This document shows positions 30,772-40,633 of a DNA stretch of 64,000 bases, in pieces. The DNA lies in assembly GCA_043800705.1 (NCBI GenBank), contig JAZDMS010000024.1, positions 14,546 to 78,545 on the forward strand. Direction: 5' to 3'. A model generated the notes under the pieces. That model did not search any database and was not told the DNA's origin. It saw nothing but the letters and a program-made list of their open reading frames with translations. The DNA comes from Candidatus Altiarchaeota archaeon. Its GTDB lineage: Archaea; Altiarchaeota; Altiarchaeia; IMC4; SCGC-AAA252-I15. The position numbers and the translations under genes were made by a program. Positions within the stretch are counted from its first letter, which is position 1, and every line of letters begins with the position of its first letter.

Positions 30772-30812
30772 ACAAGCAGCATTTATCCCCCTGAATTCTG
30801 ATATATCGGACA

Positions 30813-31313
30813 ATGGAAGAGCCCAGCATCGACGAGCTAAACCTTCGCATTCGAGAGGAATTCGCCCGCCTCAACGCAGAGCGCTTCGGCGGCGAACTAG
30901 GGGAACACAGTCTCAGGTTCAGCCCGAACCAGGTCCGCACACACGGATGCATAAACTTCAGGCTCAGGAAGATAACCATCTCGCTCCCGATGTACGAGCA
31001 GCACGGATGGGATGCGGTCGTCGACACCCTCCTGCACGAGATGACCCACGCCCTCCTGCACCAGAGAGGCAGCCACGACAGGCACACGAAACTCTTCTAC
31101 AGGGAACTCATCGCCCGCGGAGGCACGAGGCAGAAAAAAGACGTCAAACCCAGGAAGGCGTATGTCTACGCCTGCCCCACATGCGGCCGGGAGTTCGAGC
31201 GCATGAGGAAGCTCAAGAGGCCGTGGGCAAGAAGCTGCGCAGCCTGCGACCACAGATACAACCCCAGACACAGGCTGTATTTGAAGAGGGACAGGAGCCA
31301 GGATGTTCTGTAG
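30813..31313 (+). CDS. SprT-like zinc metalloprotease
   Basis: TLLHEMTH, H...F, C-terminal CPTC/CAAC zinc ribbon. Confidence 0.9.
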   Translation: MEEPSIDELNLRIREEFARLNAERFGGELGEHSLRFSPNQVRTHGCINFRLRKITISLPMYEQHGWDAVVDTLLHEMTHALLHQRGSHDRHTKLFYRELIARGGTRQKKDVKPRKAYVYACPTCGREFERMRKLKRPWARSCAACDHRYNPRHRLYLKRDRSQDVL

Positions 31314-31334
31314 ACCGGATAGGACACCGTTTGA

Positions 31335-31892
31335 TTAATCTTTCCTGGACAGCTTCATCCCTTGGAGGACCAAGTCTGGCGGTTTTTCCAGCGAAGGAAT
31401 GCGTTCCCTTGATATGAAGGCCTCGCCCATGACGGTATCCCCCTTCTCCGTCGGCTTCAGGAGGATGCTTATCTCTTTATCCCCCAATTTGAAACCGACC
31501 ACCATGCCATTGTAATCCTGCGGCGCAGAGAAACGTATCCTTATACCGGACATGGAGTCCGGTGATTCCGGGTATTTTTCCGGGAGGACATCGGCTTCGA
31601 ACCCCCTATGAGCCCAGTGTATCGAGCCGTCCTGTTTGAGCGCCCAATTCCCCTTTTTCTCCTGGACGACCACCGTCCATGACGATTCCGACCGGTCCGA
31701 GAGATTCTCGGCCAGGACCACGCCGGCCAATACCCTATTGGCCTTGTCTAAGGCGACTTTGCCGGGCGACCAGAGACGTTCACCAGCTACGCCGGTTTCA
31801 GCTTCAAACTGCTTAAGCCGCTGTCCATCCGACATTTCCGCGATATGCCTATCGTATTTGGGGATTGCCGCTATCTGCCGTCTCTGCGCCAT
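31335..31892 (-). CDS. hypothetical protein
   Basis: 185-aa ORF filling the gap; TTTAAA box upstream. Confidence 0.6.
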   Translation of the reverse strand: MAQRRQIAAIPKYDRHIAEMSDGQRLKQFEAETGVAGERLWSPGKVALDKANRVLAGVVLAENLSDRSESSWTVVVQEKKGNWALKQDGSIHWAHRGFEADVLPEKYPESPDSMSGIRIRFSAPQDYNGMVVGFKLGDKEISILLKPTEKGDTVMGEAFISRERIPSLEKPPDLVLQGMKLSRKD

Positions 31893-31964
31893 CTGTATCG
31901 CTTAATACAAAGTATTTTGGATTTAAATTCACATAGGGCCATTTAGTAAAACACATCTGGGGTG

Positions 31965-32906
31965 ATGAATTTGGATAAAATCGTTACGCTTAAGGACTTT
32001 CTGACGACGCAGAAGATAGACAAGGATCTGGCTGAATTGATACTGCTGATAACCTCCCAGACCATCCCGATCAGGGAGGAATTCCCGCACAGGCTAGGGG
32101 AGGCTGGAACCAAGAACAAGTACGGCGAAGAGCAAAAGGCCCTCGATGTTTGGGTCAACGACCTTCTCACGAAAAAGATGATAGAGTCCGGCCTTGTGAA
32201 GACGGTCGTCAGCGAGGAGCTGCCCGACATCGTCACGAGCCCAGACAAGAAGGGCAAATTCAACGTCGCCATGGACCCACTCGACGGGTCCTCGAACGTC
32301 AAGAGCAACAACCTCTTCGGGACGATAGTCGGCGTATACAAGAGCTCCGACAAGATCGGCAAGGGCAGGAAGCAGATTGCGGCGTTCTACAAGCTATACG
32401 GCCCCAACACGACACTGACCATAGGGACAGGGGACGGGGTCCACGAGTTCGTGAAAGGGCGGAAAACCACGCAGGAATTCTTCCTCTACAAGAGCGACGT
32501 AACCTTCCCGGAGCCGAAGATATACGGCGTCGGCGAGAACCCGGAGAGATGGATTCCCGAGTTCTCACTTTTCGTCACGCTCCTTCGAAGCAAGGGCTTG
32601 AAATTGCGTTACGGAGGAAGCTTCGTCGGCGACTTCAACCAGATACTCCACCAGGGAGGATTCTTCGGATACCCGGCCACATTGGACAAGCCGAAGGGCA
32701 AGCTGAGGCTCGTGTTCGAAGGCAACCCTATGGCTTACATAGCGGAGCATGCGGGGGGCAGCTCAAGCTGCGGCAGCAAGAACCTCCTCGATATAGACCC
32801 CATAAACATAGACTCTAGAATCCCGATCTACGTAGGCAACAAGGAGCTCATCCAGAGCCTCGAAGACATATTCAGGGCAGCCAAGGAGGCGAGGGAGTAC
32901 TATTAA
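31965..32906 (+). CDS. fbp: class 1 fructose-1,6-bisphosphatase
   Basis: GEEQKALDV, SEE, DPLDGSSN, RYGGSFVGD, GKLRLVFEGNP. Confidence 0.96.
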   Translation: MNLDKIVTLKDFLTTQKIDKDLAELILLITSQTIPIREEFPHRLGEAGTKNKYGEEQKALDVWVNDLLTKKMIESGLVKTVVSEELPDIVTSPDKKGKFNVAMDPLDGSSNVKSNNLFGTIVGVYKSSDKIGKGRKQIAAFYKLYGPNTTLTIGTGDGVHEFVKGRKTTQEFFLYKSDVTFPEPKIYGVGENPERWIPEFSLFVTLLRSKGLKLRYGGSFVGDFNQILHQGGFFGYPATLDKPKGKLRLVFEGNPMAYIAEHAGGSSSCGSKNLLDIDPINIDSRIPIYVGNKELIQSLEDIFRAAKEAREYY

Positions 32907-32907
32907 G

Positions 32908-33930
32908 ATGAGGGTCGGAGTATTGACCGGCGGAGGAGACTGCCCGGGGCTGAACGCAGCCTTGAGGGCGGTCGTCAGAAAGGGCATCAAAGACTACGGG
33001 ATGGAGTTCGTCGGCGTCAAGGACGGCTGGAAAGGCCTCCTCGAAGCAGACGCGATACCCTTGAACCGTGAGATTATCAGGGGCCTGCTTGTACGCGGCG
33101 GGACGATACTCGGCTCAACGCCCCATGCCATTTTCAAGGGGGACATAAGCACTGAAAAGCTGAAGGACGGGTATAACAAGCTCCACCTGGACGCCCTCAT
33201 CGTCATAGGCGGCGACGAGACCTTGAACGCGGCAAGGAAGCTCAACGACGCCGGGCTGAAGGTCGTAGGCATCCCAAAGACGATAGATAATGACCTACTA
33301 GGCACCGAGCGCACCATCGGATTCAGCACCGCCCTCACAGTGGCAGTCGAAGCCATAGACCGCCTCCACACGACTGCGGAATCACACCACAGGGTCATGA
33401 TCGTCGAGGTCATGGGCCGCCACGCAGGCTGGATAGCCACCATGTCCGGAATCGCCGGAGGAGCCGACATGATCCTCATACCCGAGCGGCCGTTCGACAT
33501 CGACGAAATCTGCGAGGTCATCAGGAGGAGGCACCAGACCAAAAACTTTACGATTGTCGTCGTCGCGGAAGGGGCCTTCCAGCGCGGTGGTAAGGAGGTC
33601 ACCAACGACGAAGAGAAGGACGCATTCGGGTACGCCACCCTCGGAGGCGTCGCCAACTGGCTCAAGAAGGAGATCAGGACGAGGACTGGATTCGACACCA
33701 GGGCGACCATCCTCGGCCACGTGCAACGAGGCGGCACGCCCACACCCGAAGACAGGATACTGGCCACTAGGTTCGGAGTCACCGCAGTCAAGATGGTGGC
33801 GGAAGGATGGTTCGGAGTCATGGTAGCCCTCCGCGGAGATGAGATAATAACGATACCCCTGAAAGAGGCAATCAAAGACCGTGTGGTCGACGACGACTGG
33901 TACAGCATAGCTGAGACGTTCTTCGACTGA
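32908..33930 (+). CDS. pfkA: PfkA-family 6-phosphofructokinase (group III-like)
   Basis: TGGGDCPGLN, PKTIDND, EVMGRHAG, LGHVQRGG. Confidence 0.95.
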   Translation: MRVGVLTGGGDCPGLNAALRAVVRKGIKDYGMEFVGVKDGWKGLLEADAIPLNREIIRGLLVRGGTILGSTPHAIFKGDISTEKLKDGYNKLHLDALIVIGGDETLNAARKLNDAGLKVVGIPKTIDNDLLGTERTIGFSTALTVAVEAIDRLHTTAESHHRVMIVEVMGRHAGWIATMSGIAGGADMILIPERPFDIDEICEVIRRRHQTKNFTIVVVAEGAFQRGGKEVTNDEEKDAFGYATLGGVANWLKKEIRTRTGFDTRATILGHVQRGGTPTPEDRILATRFGVTAVKMVAEGWFGVMVALRGDEIITIPLKEAIKDRVVDDDWYSIAETFFD

Positions 33931-33979
33931 AAAAACGACTAACGCCGCATTTTTTAAAACCAGAGGCCATTACATTTAC

Positions 33980-35170
33980 ATGGTCAAACTAACCAAGAAC
34001 CTCGACGGAATCGTGCCCGACCCGGTCCGTTACTGGCTGAAGGTCGGAAAGGATGCTGGAGCCACCAACAACCTCACCATAGGCGTGCCGGACCCGATGC
34101 CGAAAGAGAGCCTCGAAGCATTCGCAAAGGCGCAGTATGATGCCGAACTCAAGGGAGCCACAGGGTATCCGAACTTCGACGGCGAAGAGACTATGAAGAA
34201 GGCCATACTCTCTGTCGAAGCCAACTTCGGCGCCAAGATGACCGACGAAGACCTTTCGAGAATCTATGTCACCATCGGCGCATCACAGGCGCTGCAGTTC
34301 GTGTTCTCCCTTTTCCCGTCAGGCTCTGAACTCATCGTCACGACACCCTGTTGGGGGACGATACACAACATGGCAGCCCACAGCGGAGTGAAAGGGGTGC
34401 CAGCAGCCCTCTTCGAGAAGGGGAAATTCATCCCCGAGAACGCGAAGAATGCAGTCTCGAAAAAGTCCGCCGCAGTGTACATCAACTTCCCCGCCAACCC
34501 GACGGGGGAGATCGTACCCGAAGCGGAGCTTCGGAAAATGTGCGACTGGGCAGTCTCAGCCGACCTGCAGATCATCACCGACGAACCGTACAAGTACCTC
34601 ATATTCAACCAGAGGAAGACACCATACACGTCGCCGATAAACTTCAGCGAGGATGTGGCGGCCAAGACCAACCTGATATCGTCCTTCTCGAAGATAGTGA
34701 AGCCCGACATCCGCATCGGATACGTAAGGCTGTCTCCGGAGATACTCGCAGCAGACGACATGGTCGGTTTCTACTTCAGGAACCTCAGCGCAGGAGCCCC
34801 CAGGGGCGTGCAGGCGGGGGTTTCAGCCCTCGTCGAAAAGGACCCGACACTCAGGTTTTTGAGGCCCATAGTCGACGGATACAGGAAGAAGAGCGAAATC
34901 GCCGCCAAATACATGACAGAATGGGGATGTAAGCTGCCTTATATGCCGGCTGCGACCTACATGATGTTCCCGACGACCCCGCACGGCGAAGACGGCGAAG
35001 AGTTCGTCAGGAAGACGGCAGTGGAGAAGAAGACAGCATTCATCCCAGGCACAAGCTTCGGAGGAGGATTCAAAGGCTTCGAGCCACTGAAAAAACACTT
35101 CCGCATCGGATACGGGGCGGGGATGAGCCCGGAAAAGCTAGAGGAAGTCATGGCTGGGCTGATACGCTAG
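33980..35170 (+). CDS. PLP-dependent aminotransferase class I/II
   Basis: P.NPTG, DEPY, SFSK....RIGY, PGTSFG, HFRI. Confidence 0.9.
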   Translation: MVKLTKNLDGIVPDPVRYWLKVGKDAGATNNLTIGVPDPMPKESLEAFAKAQYDAELKGATGYPNFDGEETMKKAILSVEANFGAKMTDEDLSRIYVTIGASQALQFVFSLFPSGSELIVTTPCWGTIHNMAAHSGVKGVPAALFEKGKFIPENAKNAVSKKSAAVYINFPANPTGEIVPEAELRKMCDWAVSADLQIITDEPYKYLIFNQRKTPYTSPINFSEDVAAKTNLISSFSKIVKPDIRIGYVRLSPEILAADDMVGFYFRNLSAGAPRGVQAGVSALVEKDPTLRFLRPIVDGYRKKSEIAAKYMTEWGCKLPYMPAATYMMFPTTPHGEDGEEFVRKTAVEKKTAFIPGTSFGGGFKGFEPLKKHFRIGYGAGMSPEKLEEVMAGLIR

Positions 35171-36582
35171 GAGCGGCCCAGACGATTCGGCCAATAAGTA
35201 TAACACTCTGATGCGGGCAGATTCATCCCTTCTGATTCGCCGTCAGGAAAGCCCTTATCTTTCTTCGAAAAGAGGACGTATCCACCCCCTGAATAGTGGA
35301 CATCGTATCCGGCCAAGTTGGAATAAGCGGACGAAGTTGAAACATAGAGCGCGTCTTCCTCGGTTAAGTCGTCTTTTGGGAATCGTTCAATCCCAAGATA
35401 GAACACATTCGCCGGACTCGTAGAGACGGAATTATGCACCCGGACATTACCGCCAGACACTTGGTTCAATTCGTAAAGTGGGCCGTTGCAGTTGAATGGG
35501 CCTGGAACTTCAAACGATAAAAAAAAGACGGCCGCAAACACCAAAATACCAACCCATAACTCCTTAAAAACAAGACGTTCTAGGAGGATCGCAGCCAAAA
35601 TCGCCAGCGGGGGATAGATGGGGATGAGAAGCCAGGGGATTTTCGTTCTCGCAGCCAAAAATACAGCAAGGAAGACAGCCCCCCAAGCCACAGTAAGCAG
35701 CGTCTCCGGCTGCCTCCAGCGGCCGCACAAAAGGACATATCCTACGCCTGCAACACAAAATACCCCCCAATTCCCCAAACCATGCCACAAGACATTCAAC
35801 AGGTAGATGTTACCATGATCGTGGCCTTCGATCGGTATGACCATCCGTTCGACCGTATAGTGGTATATGTAACGCCCAAGGAAGAGGTCGGTATTCACTG
35901 CCAGCTGGACCAGGTGCCAGGGAAACACAACGATTGCGAATGCCAAAAAAACAGTCAGATACTCCTTTAGGGTAGACCGATTGAAGCCTTTTATCCGACC
36001 CATATAGACGCACATGACAGCCAGCGCCAAAACGCCCAATGGAGCCTTTATCATCGTCGCAAGCCCTATCATCAGACCTGAAAGCGGCCTCAAAGACCCG
36101 TTCCTTCGCGAAGACACGAGGAAATAAAAAGAGGAAGCGATGAAAAAGGTCAAAGGGACGTCCAACATGAGCTTTCTGGATTCCTCCAGGAAGTGGGGGC
36201 AAGAGACTAGGATCATCGACGCCATAAAGGCGATTTTATCGTTGAACATTTCCAATCCCAAAAGGAAGACCACCAGAACGGTCCCAAAACCGAAGATGGC
36301 CGTCCAGAACCTGGACGTGAACGTGCTGATGCCAAAAATCCCATAAGTCAAGGAAACGAGGTGGAAGAAAAAAGGGGGTTTGGCGGCCAGATAAGGGAAG
36401 CCTTTGAAATGGGGGGTCACCCAGTCGCCTGTTAAAAGAGTCTCCTTGGAGATTTCGCCGTAAAGGGCCTCATCCCAGTCGGCGAGGCTGCCCCTATCAA
36501 GGCCGCTAAACATGACAAATGCGGAGATAACAGCCAATACAGAAAACTCCAATAGGATGACACGTTTTCCTGGCCAGATCAT
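35167..36582 (-). CDS. GT-C glycosyltransferase (ArnT/PMT_2, GT83/39-like)
   Basis: DWDEALY, GDWVTP, KPP; multiple TM helices. Confidence 0.9.
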   Translation of the reverse strand: MIWPGKRVILLEFSVLAVISAFVMFSGLDRGSLADWDEALYGEISKETLLTGDWVTPHFKGFPYLAAKPPFFFHLVSLTYGIFGISTFTSRFWTAIFGFGTVLVVFLLGLEMFNDKIAFMASMILVSCPHFLEESRKLMLDVPLTFFIASSFYFLVSSRRNGSLRPLSGLMIGLATMIKAPLGVLALAVMCVYMGRIKGFNRSTLKEYLTVFLAFAIVVFPWHLVQLAVNTDLFLGRYIYHYTVERMVIPIEGHDHGNIYLLNVLWHGLGNWGVFCVAGVGYVLLCGRWRQPETLLTVAWGAVFLAVFLAARTKIPWLLIPIYPPLAILAAILLERLVFKELWVGILVFAAVFFLSFEVPGPFNCNGPLYELNQVSGGNVRVHNSVSTSPANVFYLGIERFPKDDLTEEDALYVSTSSAYSNLAGYDVHYSGGGYVLFSKKDKGFPDGESEGMNLPASECYTYWPNRLGRS

Positions 36583-36653
36583 ATAAACTCTTTCGCCGAG
36601 GTCGTAAAAAAATAGGGGGAACGTTTTTATTCCGGGATTCTTAATGCCTTCCT

Positions 36654-37775
36654 ATGGATTATTCCAGACCTGTCCCCGGAAAGCTCATGTTTGAGGCGCT
36701 GAAGAACGAGAGATGCATAGTGATGGCGTGCAACATACGCATCGGCCACAGCGTCCGCGGCATCATGATGGCGGCCAAGGAGATTGACGCCGCAGTCCTC
36801 TTCGAGATCGCCAAGAGCGAGATAAAATACACGGGCCAAAACCCCAGGACGTTCGTCGACAACATACTCAAGATCGCAAAGGAGCTGAAGTTCAGCCAGC
36901 CGTACGTCATCCACGGAGACCACATAGGAGTCAAGAGCCCCGATCCCAAGGACGTAGAATCGGCGGCGACCCTTATCAGGGACGAGATCGCGGCGGGATT
37001 CACCTCCTTCGCCATCGACGCGAGCCACAATTTCAACGCCGCGGCGCCAACGGTCCGGGAGCAGCTCAAAGACAACATCGAGATCACGACGAAGCTCTGC
37101 GGCCTCATACCCAAGGACGCCAGCCTCGAGGTCGAAGTCGGAGAAGTCGGCAAAACCGACCCAACTACCGGGGAAAAGGCCATAACGACCGTCGAGGAGG
37201 CGGTCACATACATAAAAGCGATCAACGAGAACGGCTACAAGCCGGACCTCCTGGCCACGAACAACGGAACCAGCCATGGCAACATCTTCGACAAGAACGG
37301 GAAGCCAATTCCAAAGAGCATCAACGTCGAAAGGACAGGCGAGATAGCGAAGGCCATAAAGCCTTATGGCGTCAGGATAGCGCAGCATGGCATCACAGGC
37401 ACGCCCCTGGAGTACATGCCAAGGCTCATCGAAGCGGGGATAGCCAAGGGCAACGTCGGCACGAACTGGCAGAACATAGCGGTCGCGGCGATGCCAAAGG
37501 ACCTCGCCAAGCGGATGGAGGACTGGACCCTGAGCTGCGAGGAGAGCGCCAAGATGAGAGCCAAAAAGCCGGGCTGCAAGGACTCGGAGCTGATTGGAAA
37601 GAACATCAAGAACGCGATCGTAGTGTTCAAATCGGAGATCGACGCCATCAAAGGCGACGACCTCAGACGCATAGACGAGGCGACAAAAAAGGGGGCGCTG
37701 GAATTCTTCGGCGCATTCAACGCCAAAGGCACGGCCTCGAAGGTGAGGGCGCACATAGAATCCAAAGGCCTATGA
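36654..37775 (+). CDS. fba: class II fructose-bisphosphate aldolase
   Basis: HGDH, AIDAS, EVEVGEVG, NGTSHG, AQHGITG, KGNVGT. Confidence 0.93.
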   Translation: MDYSRPVPGKLMFEALKNERCIVMACNIRIGHSVRGIMMAAKEIDAAVLFEIAKSEIKYTGQNPRTFVDNILKIAKELKFSQPYVIHGDHIGVKSPDPKDVESAATLIRDEIAAGFTSFAIDASHNFNAAAPTVREQLKDNIEITTKLCGLIPKDASLEVEVGEVGKTDPTTGEKAITTVEEAVTYIKAINENGYKPDLLATNNGTSHGNIFDKNGKPIPKSINVERTGEIAKAIKPYGVRIAQHGITGTPLEYMPRLIEAGIAKGNVGTNWQNIAVAAMPKDLAKRMEDWTLSCEESAKMRAKKPGCKDSELIGKNIKNAIVVFKSEIDAIKGDDLRRIDEATKKGALEFFGAFNAKGTASKVRAHIESKGL

Positions 37776-38392
37776 CCTGTCTGACCCTCGCCATCCTGGA
37801 CAAGGTCGACGACATGCTCAGGAAGAGGCTGGATGATGCCAAAAACCTCAAAGACCATCTCATCGACAAGGCAGGGGCGGACTACCTACTTGCCACAACG
37901 GAAAGGAGGATTGAGTTCGAAGGGGTCAAACCAGTCCAGATCGACTTCCAGGAGCGGCAGGAGGAGGAGTTCGTCGCCCTCATAGCGGAAAAACCCGTCG
38001 ACTTCGGGATAAGCGCCTACAGGATATACGCGGACCCGTTCAACACGCCGAGCCTCGTCGACGACGAGCGGATCGGCGACGGATTCATCGTGAAGGCAGG
38101 GAGATTATACGACATGCCCGAGGACAGCCTCAGGCTTCTTCGGGCGATCAGGAAAGGGGCAAAGACGGAGGCGGTCTTCCGGCGGGATGGAGAGGAGTCC
38201 GCATCCATGGACGACGCAGCGTTCCTCGCAAGGTGCGGGCCGTACCACCCGACTAGGCAGGAGATCCTCGCCCCATTCCAGGCGAAGGGGGGAAAAACAG
38301 TGAAACTTCACGTCCTGTCGATCGGCGTCAAAAACGGCAAAATAACCATCGACAACACCTTCAAGCCGAAAACTCTGAAACTAAAGGCCTAA
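37772..38392 (+). CDS. hypothetical protein
   Basis: 206-aa ORF with an ATGA overlap on the fba stop. Confidence 0.65.
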   Translation: MTCLTLAILDKVDDMLRKRLDDAKNLKDHLIDKAGADYLLATTERRIEFEGVKPVQIDFQERQEEEFVALIAEKPVDFGISAYRIYADPFNTPSLVDDERIGDGFIVKAGRLYDMPEDSLRLLRAIRKGAKTEAVFRRDGEESASMDDAAFLARCGPYHPTRQEILAPFQAKGGKTVKLHVLSIGVKNGKITIDNTFKPKTLKLKA

Positions 38393-39819
38393 GAGCATCG
38401 CAGTATCGTGTAATTCCCGAGAAATGGCTCATCGAACTGCTTCACAGCCTTGCACCTTTGCATAAGAAAGCTTCTGACCTCCGGGATGTTGGTAACGCCC
38501 TGGGGAGGAGGCGACACGATCACTGTCTTCATGGGGGACTGCTCAAGCCTGCCAAGGAATTCCCGGATGTCCGTCGTGCCCGAAAACCGCTGGATGTTGG
38601 TATCCGCCTCGTCCAACGCGATCCTCCGACCCGCCAAAAGAGCGATAAGCGGAGCGCTCATCGAATCCCCGAACACTTCGTCGCCGGGTCCCGTTTTTGA
38701 ATTTATGTAGTCAGCCATCGGATCTGCGGTCACGAAAGAGTAGTAGGATTCGTGGACATAGTACGCCAACACCGCCCATGAGGACATGATCACGATGAGC
38801 CCGACGACGATCCTGAAAAGGCCCTTATCCCCCGTAGAATCGATCCAGGAGCCCAACACCCTGGCCGAGACTGCAGCGGCAAACGGCGCAACAAGCAGGA
38901 AGTAGTGGTCGAATATCGTGTTCATGAGGCTGAAGAAAACCGCGAAGCACGCGACCGACAGAACCAGCAATACCGAGAGGTCATCGACCAAAGGCTTTCG
39001 CATGATCAGCGGAATCCCCAACAGCGGAAGGAACAAGAGAGGGTTTGATTTGACGACATCGAGGAAGGTCGCCAGATTATGCCCCTCGAAAACAGGCTTA
39101 TGAAAATGATAGAGATAGACGCCGTCCAGGTACGGCTGGCCGATCAAGACGTAGAGGAGGACGTTGAAGGATGCGAATACGATGATGAATCCGCCCAACA
39201 GGGGGGCTGCGAAGCCCGCGACATCCCTCCTGCGCAGCAAAAAGAAAATGACATATGCGCCTGCCAACGCCGCGGAATAGAGGCCGGACATGCATGCCAC
39301 ACCGACCAGCAGGCCGGATTGGAGATATCTGCCCTTCCAGAACATGTAAAGGCTCCAGGACATGAACAACACAGCCAGGTCCGAACCCATCGGATGGGAG
39401 GATACGCGCAAACCGACGTACGAGAAGAGGAAAGTCGCCGAAGCGATGATGGCAGTCGTCCGGCCGAAGGCCTCAAGGACCGTCAGGAACAGAAAGACCG
39501 ATGCTCCCGCGACCGAAAGGATCGCGACAGACTTGAGGATTACCAGGTTGAACCCGAAAACGCCGAAGATGAGGCCGTTGACCATTATGCCGAGTGGCGG
39601 GTGGCTGAAGAAGAAATCCCTGTAGGGCACCCTGCCCTCCGAGATAAGCTTGCCGAAATAGAAGAGGTTGTTCTCGTCGGATATGGCATAATTGAAGGCG
39701 AGGGTCTTCAGGCCGAGGAAGAGAAAAAGCAACAGCAAAAAAGGCGTCCAAATGCTCCCTTGCAGGAATCCTTTCCTTTCCGAGCCTTTTTTTGGCTTTT
39801 TCACGCCCTTCGAAACCAT
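38389..39819 (-). CDS. GT-C fold membrane glycosyltransferase
   Basis: SDE..., G.VPYRDFF.SHPP; many TM helices. Confidence 0.85.
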   Translation of the reverse strand: MVSKGVKKPKKGSERKGFLQGSIWTPFLLLLFLFLGLKTLAFNYAISDENNLFYFGKLISEGRVPYRDFFFSHPPLGIMVNGLIFGVFGFNLVILKSVAILSVAGASVFLFLTVLEAFGRTTAIIASATFLFSYVGLRVSSHPMGSDLAVLFMSWSLYMFWKGRYLQSGLLVGVACMSGLYSAALAGAYVIFFLLRRRDVAGFAAPLLGGFIIVFASFNVLLYVLIGQPYLDGVYLYHFHKPVFEGHNLATFLDVVKSNPLLFLPLLGIPLIMRKPLVDDLSVLLVLSVACFAVFFSLMNTIFDHYFLLVAPFAAAVSARVLGSWIDSTGDKGLFRIVVGLIVIMSSWAVLAYYVHESYYSFVTADPMADYINSKTGPGDEVFGDSMSAPLIALLAGRRIALDEADTNIQRFSGTTDIREFLGRLEQSPMKTVIVSPPPQGVTNIPEVRSFLMQRCKAVKQFDEPFLGNYTILRCS

Positions 39820-39886
39820 GCCTTATACTATCCAAAATCGGCAATAAATACGGATTTTTAACCTCGGTTGCCATATTGTGTAAGTT

Positions 39887-40576
39887 ATGAAGTTTCATTT
39901 AGCATGTCTTCTTGTTCTTGCGGTTTTTGTCGGAGGATGCCTCGGCGACGACCAGACTCCGGCAAACCAGAACGGCGCCTCATCCACGACATTGACGGCC
40001 CATCAGGAGACTACGACCACCTCGGACGGCCCGCCGACGACTATCGACATCGAAGAGGAGGAGATCCCGACCACCACGACCATAAGGATCCCATTTAACA
40101 TGACAAACTGCCAGAAAGAGGCGAATGCGACGATACGGGATGCGTGCTTCTTCGATGCCGCAGGCCGCGAAAAGGACATCTCGATATGCGCAAAGATCGA
40201 CTCCAAGAACACAAGGCTGAAGTGCCAGGCAAGGCTTGAGGACGATTCAGCCTATTGCGACGATGTCGACGTGCAGGTCGAGAAGGACTTCTGTTACAGG
40301 ATGATGGCCTTCAAATGGAACAAGCTAAACTACTGCAAGGGCATATTCTACGCCCAGATCAGGGACAAATGCGTCCTAGACTACGTAAGGGACAAAAAAC
40401 CAGACCCATACGAATGCTTCCAGATAGTCGACTCGGCGATGAGGGACGAGTGCATCTACTACCACGTCGACCTGTATGACAGGACCGGCGCGGGCATCAA
40501 GCCGACCCTCTGCAACCTCCTGAACAACGAGACCATGGAGCTGAAGTGCAACGAGACGTACCTTAAAGGCTATTGA
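39887..40576 (+). CDS. exported/lipoprotein-like protein with Cys-helical repeats
   Basis: GGC lipobox-like signal, Thr-rich linker, repeated C..I.....RD.C units. Confidence 0.75.
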   Translation: MKFHLACLLVLAVFVGGCLGDDQTPANQNGASSTTLTAHQETTTTSDGPPTTIDIEEEEIPTTTTIRIPFNMTNCQKEANATIRDACFFDAAGREKDISICAKIDSKNTRLKCQARLEDDSAYCDDVDVQVEKDFCYRMMAFKWNKLNYCKGIFYAQIRDKCVLDYVRDKKPDPYECFQIVDSAMRDECIYYHVDLYDRTGAGIKPTLCNLLNNETMELKCNETYLKGY

Positions 40577-40633
40577 ACACTTTTCCAAAGGACTAGCCTT
40601 TTTATTAACGCCGAAACCGGCAAAATGGATTAG

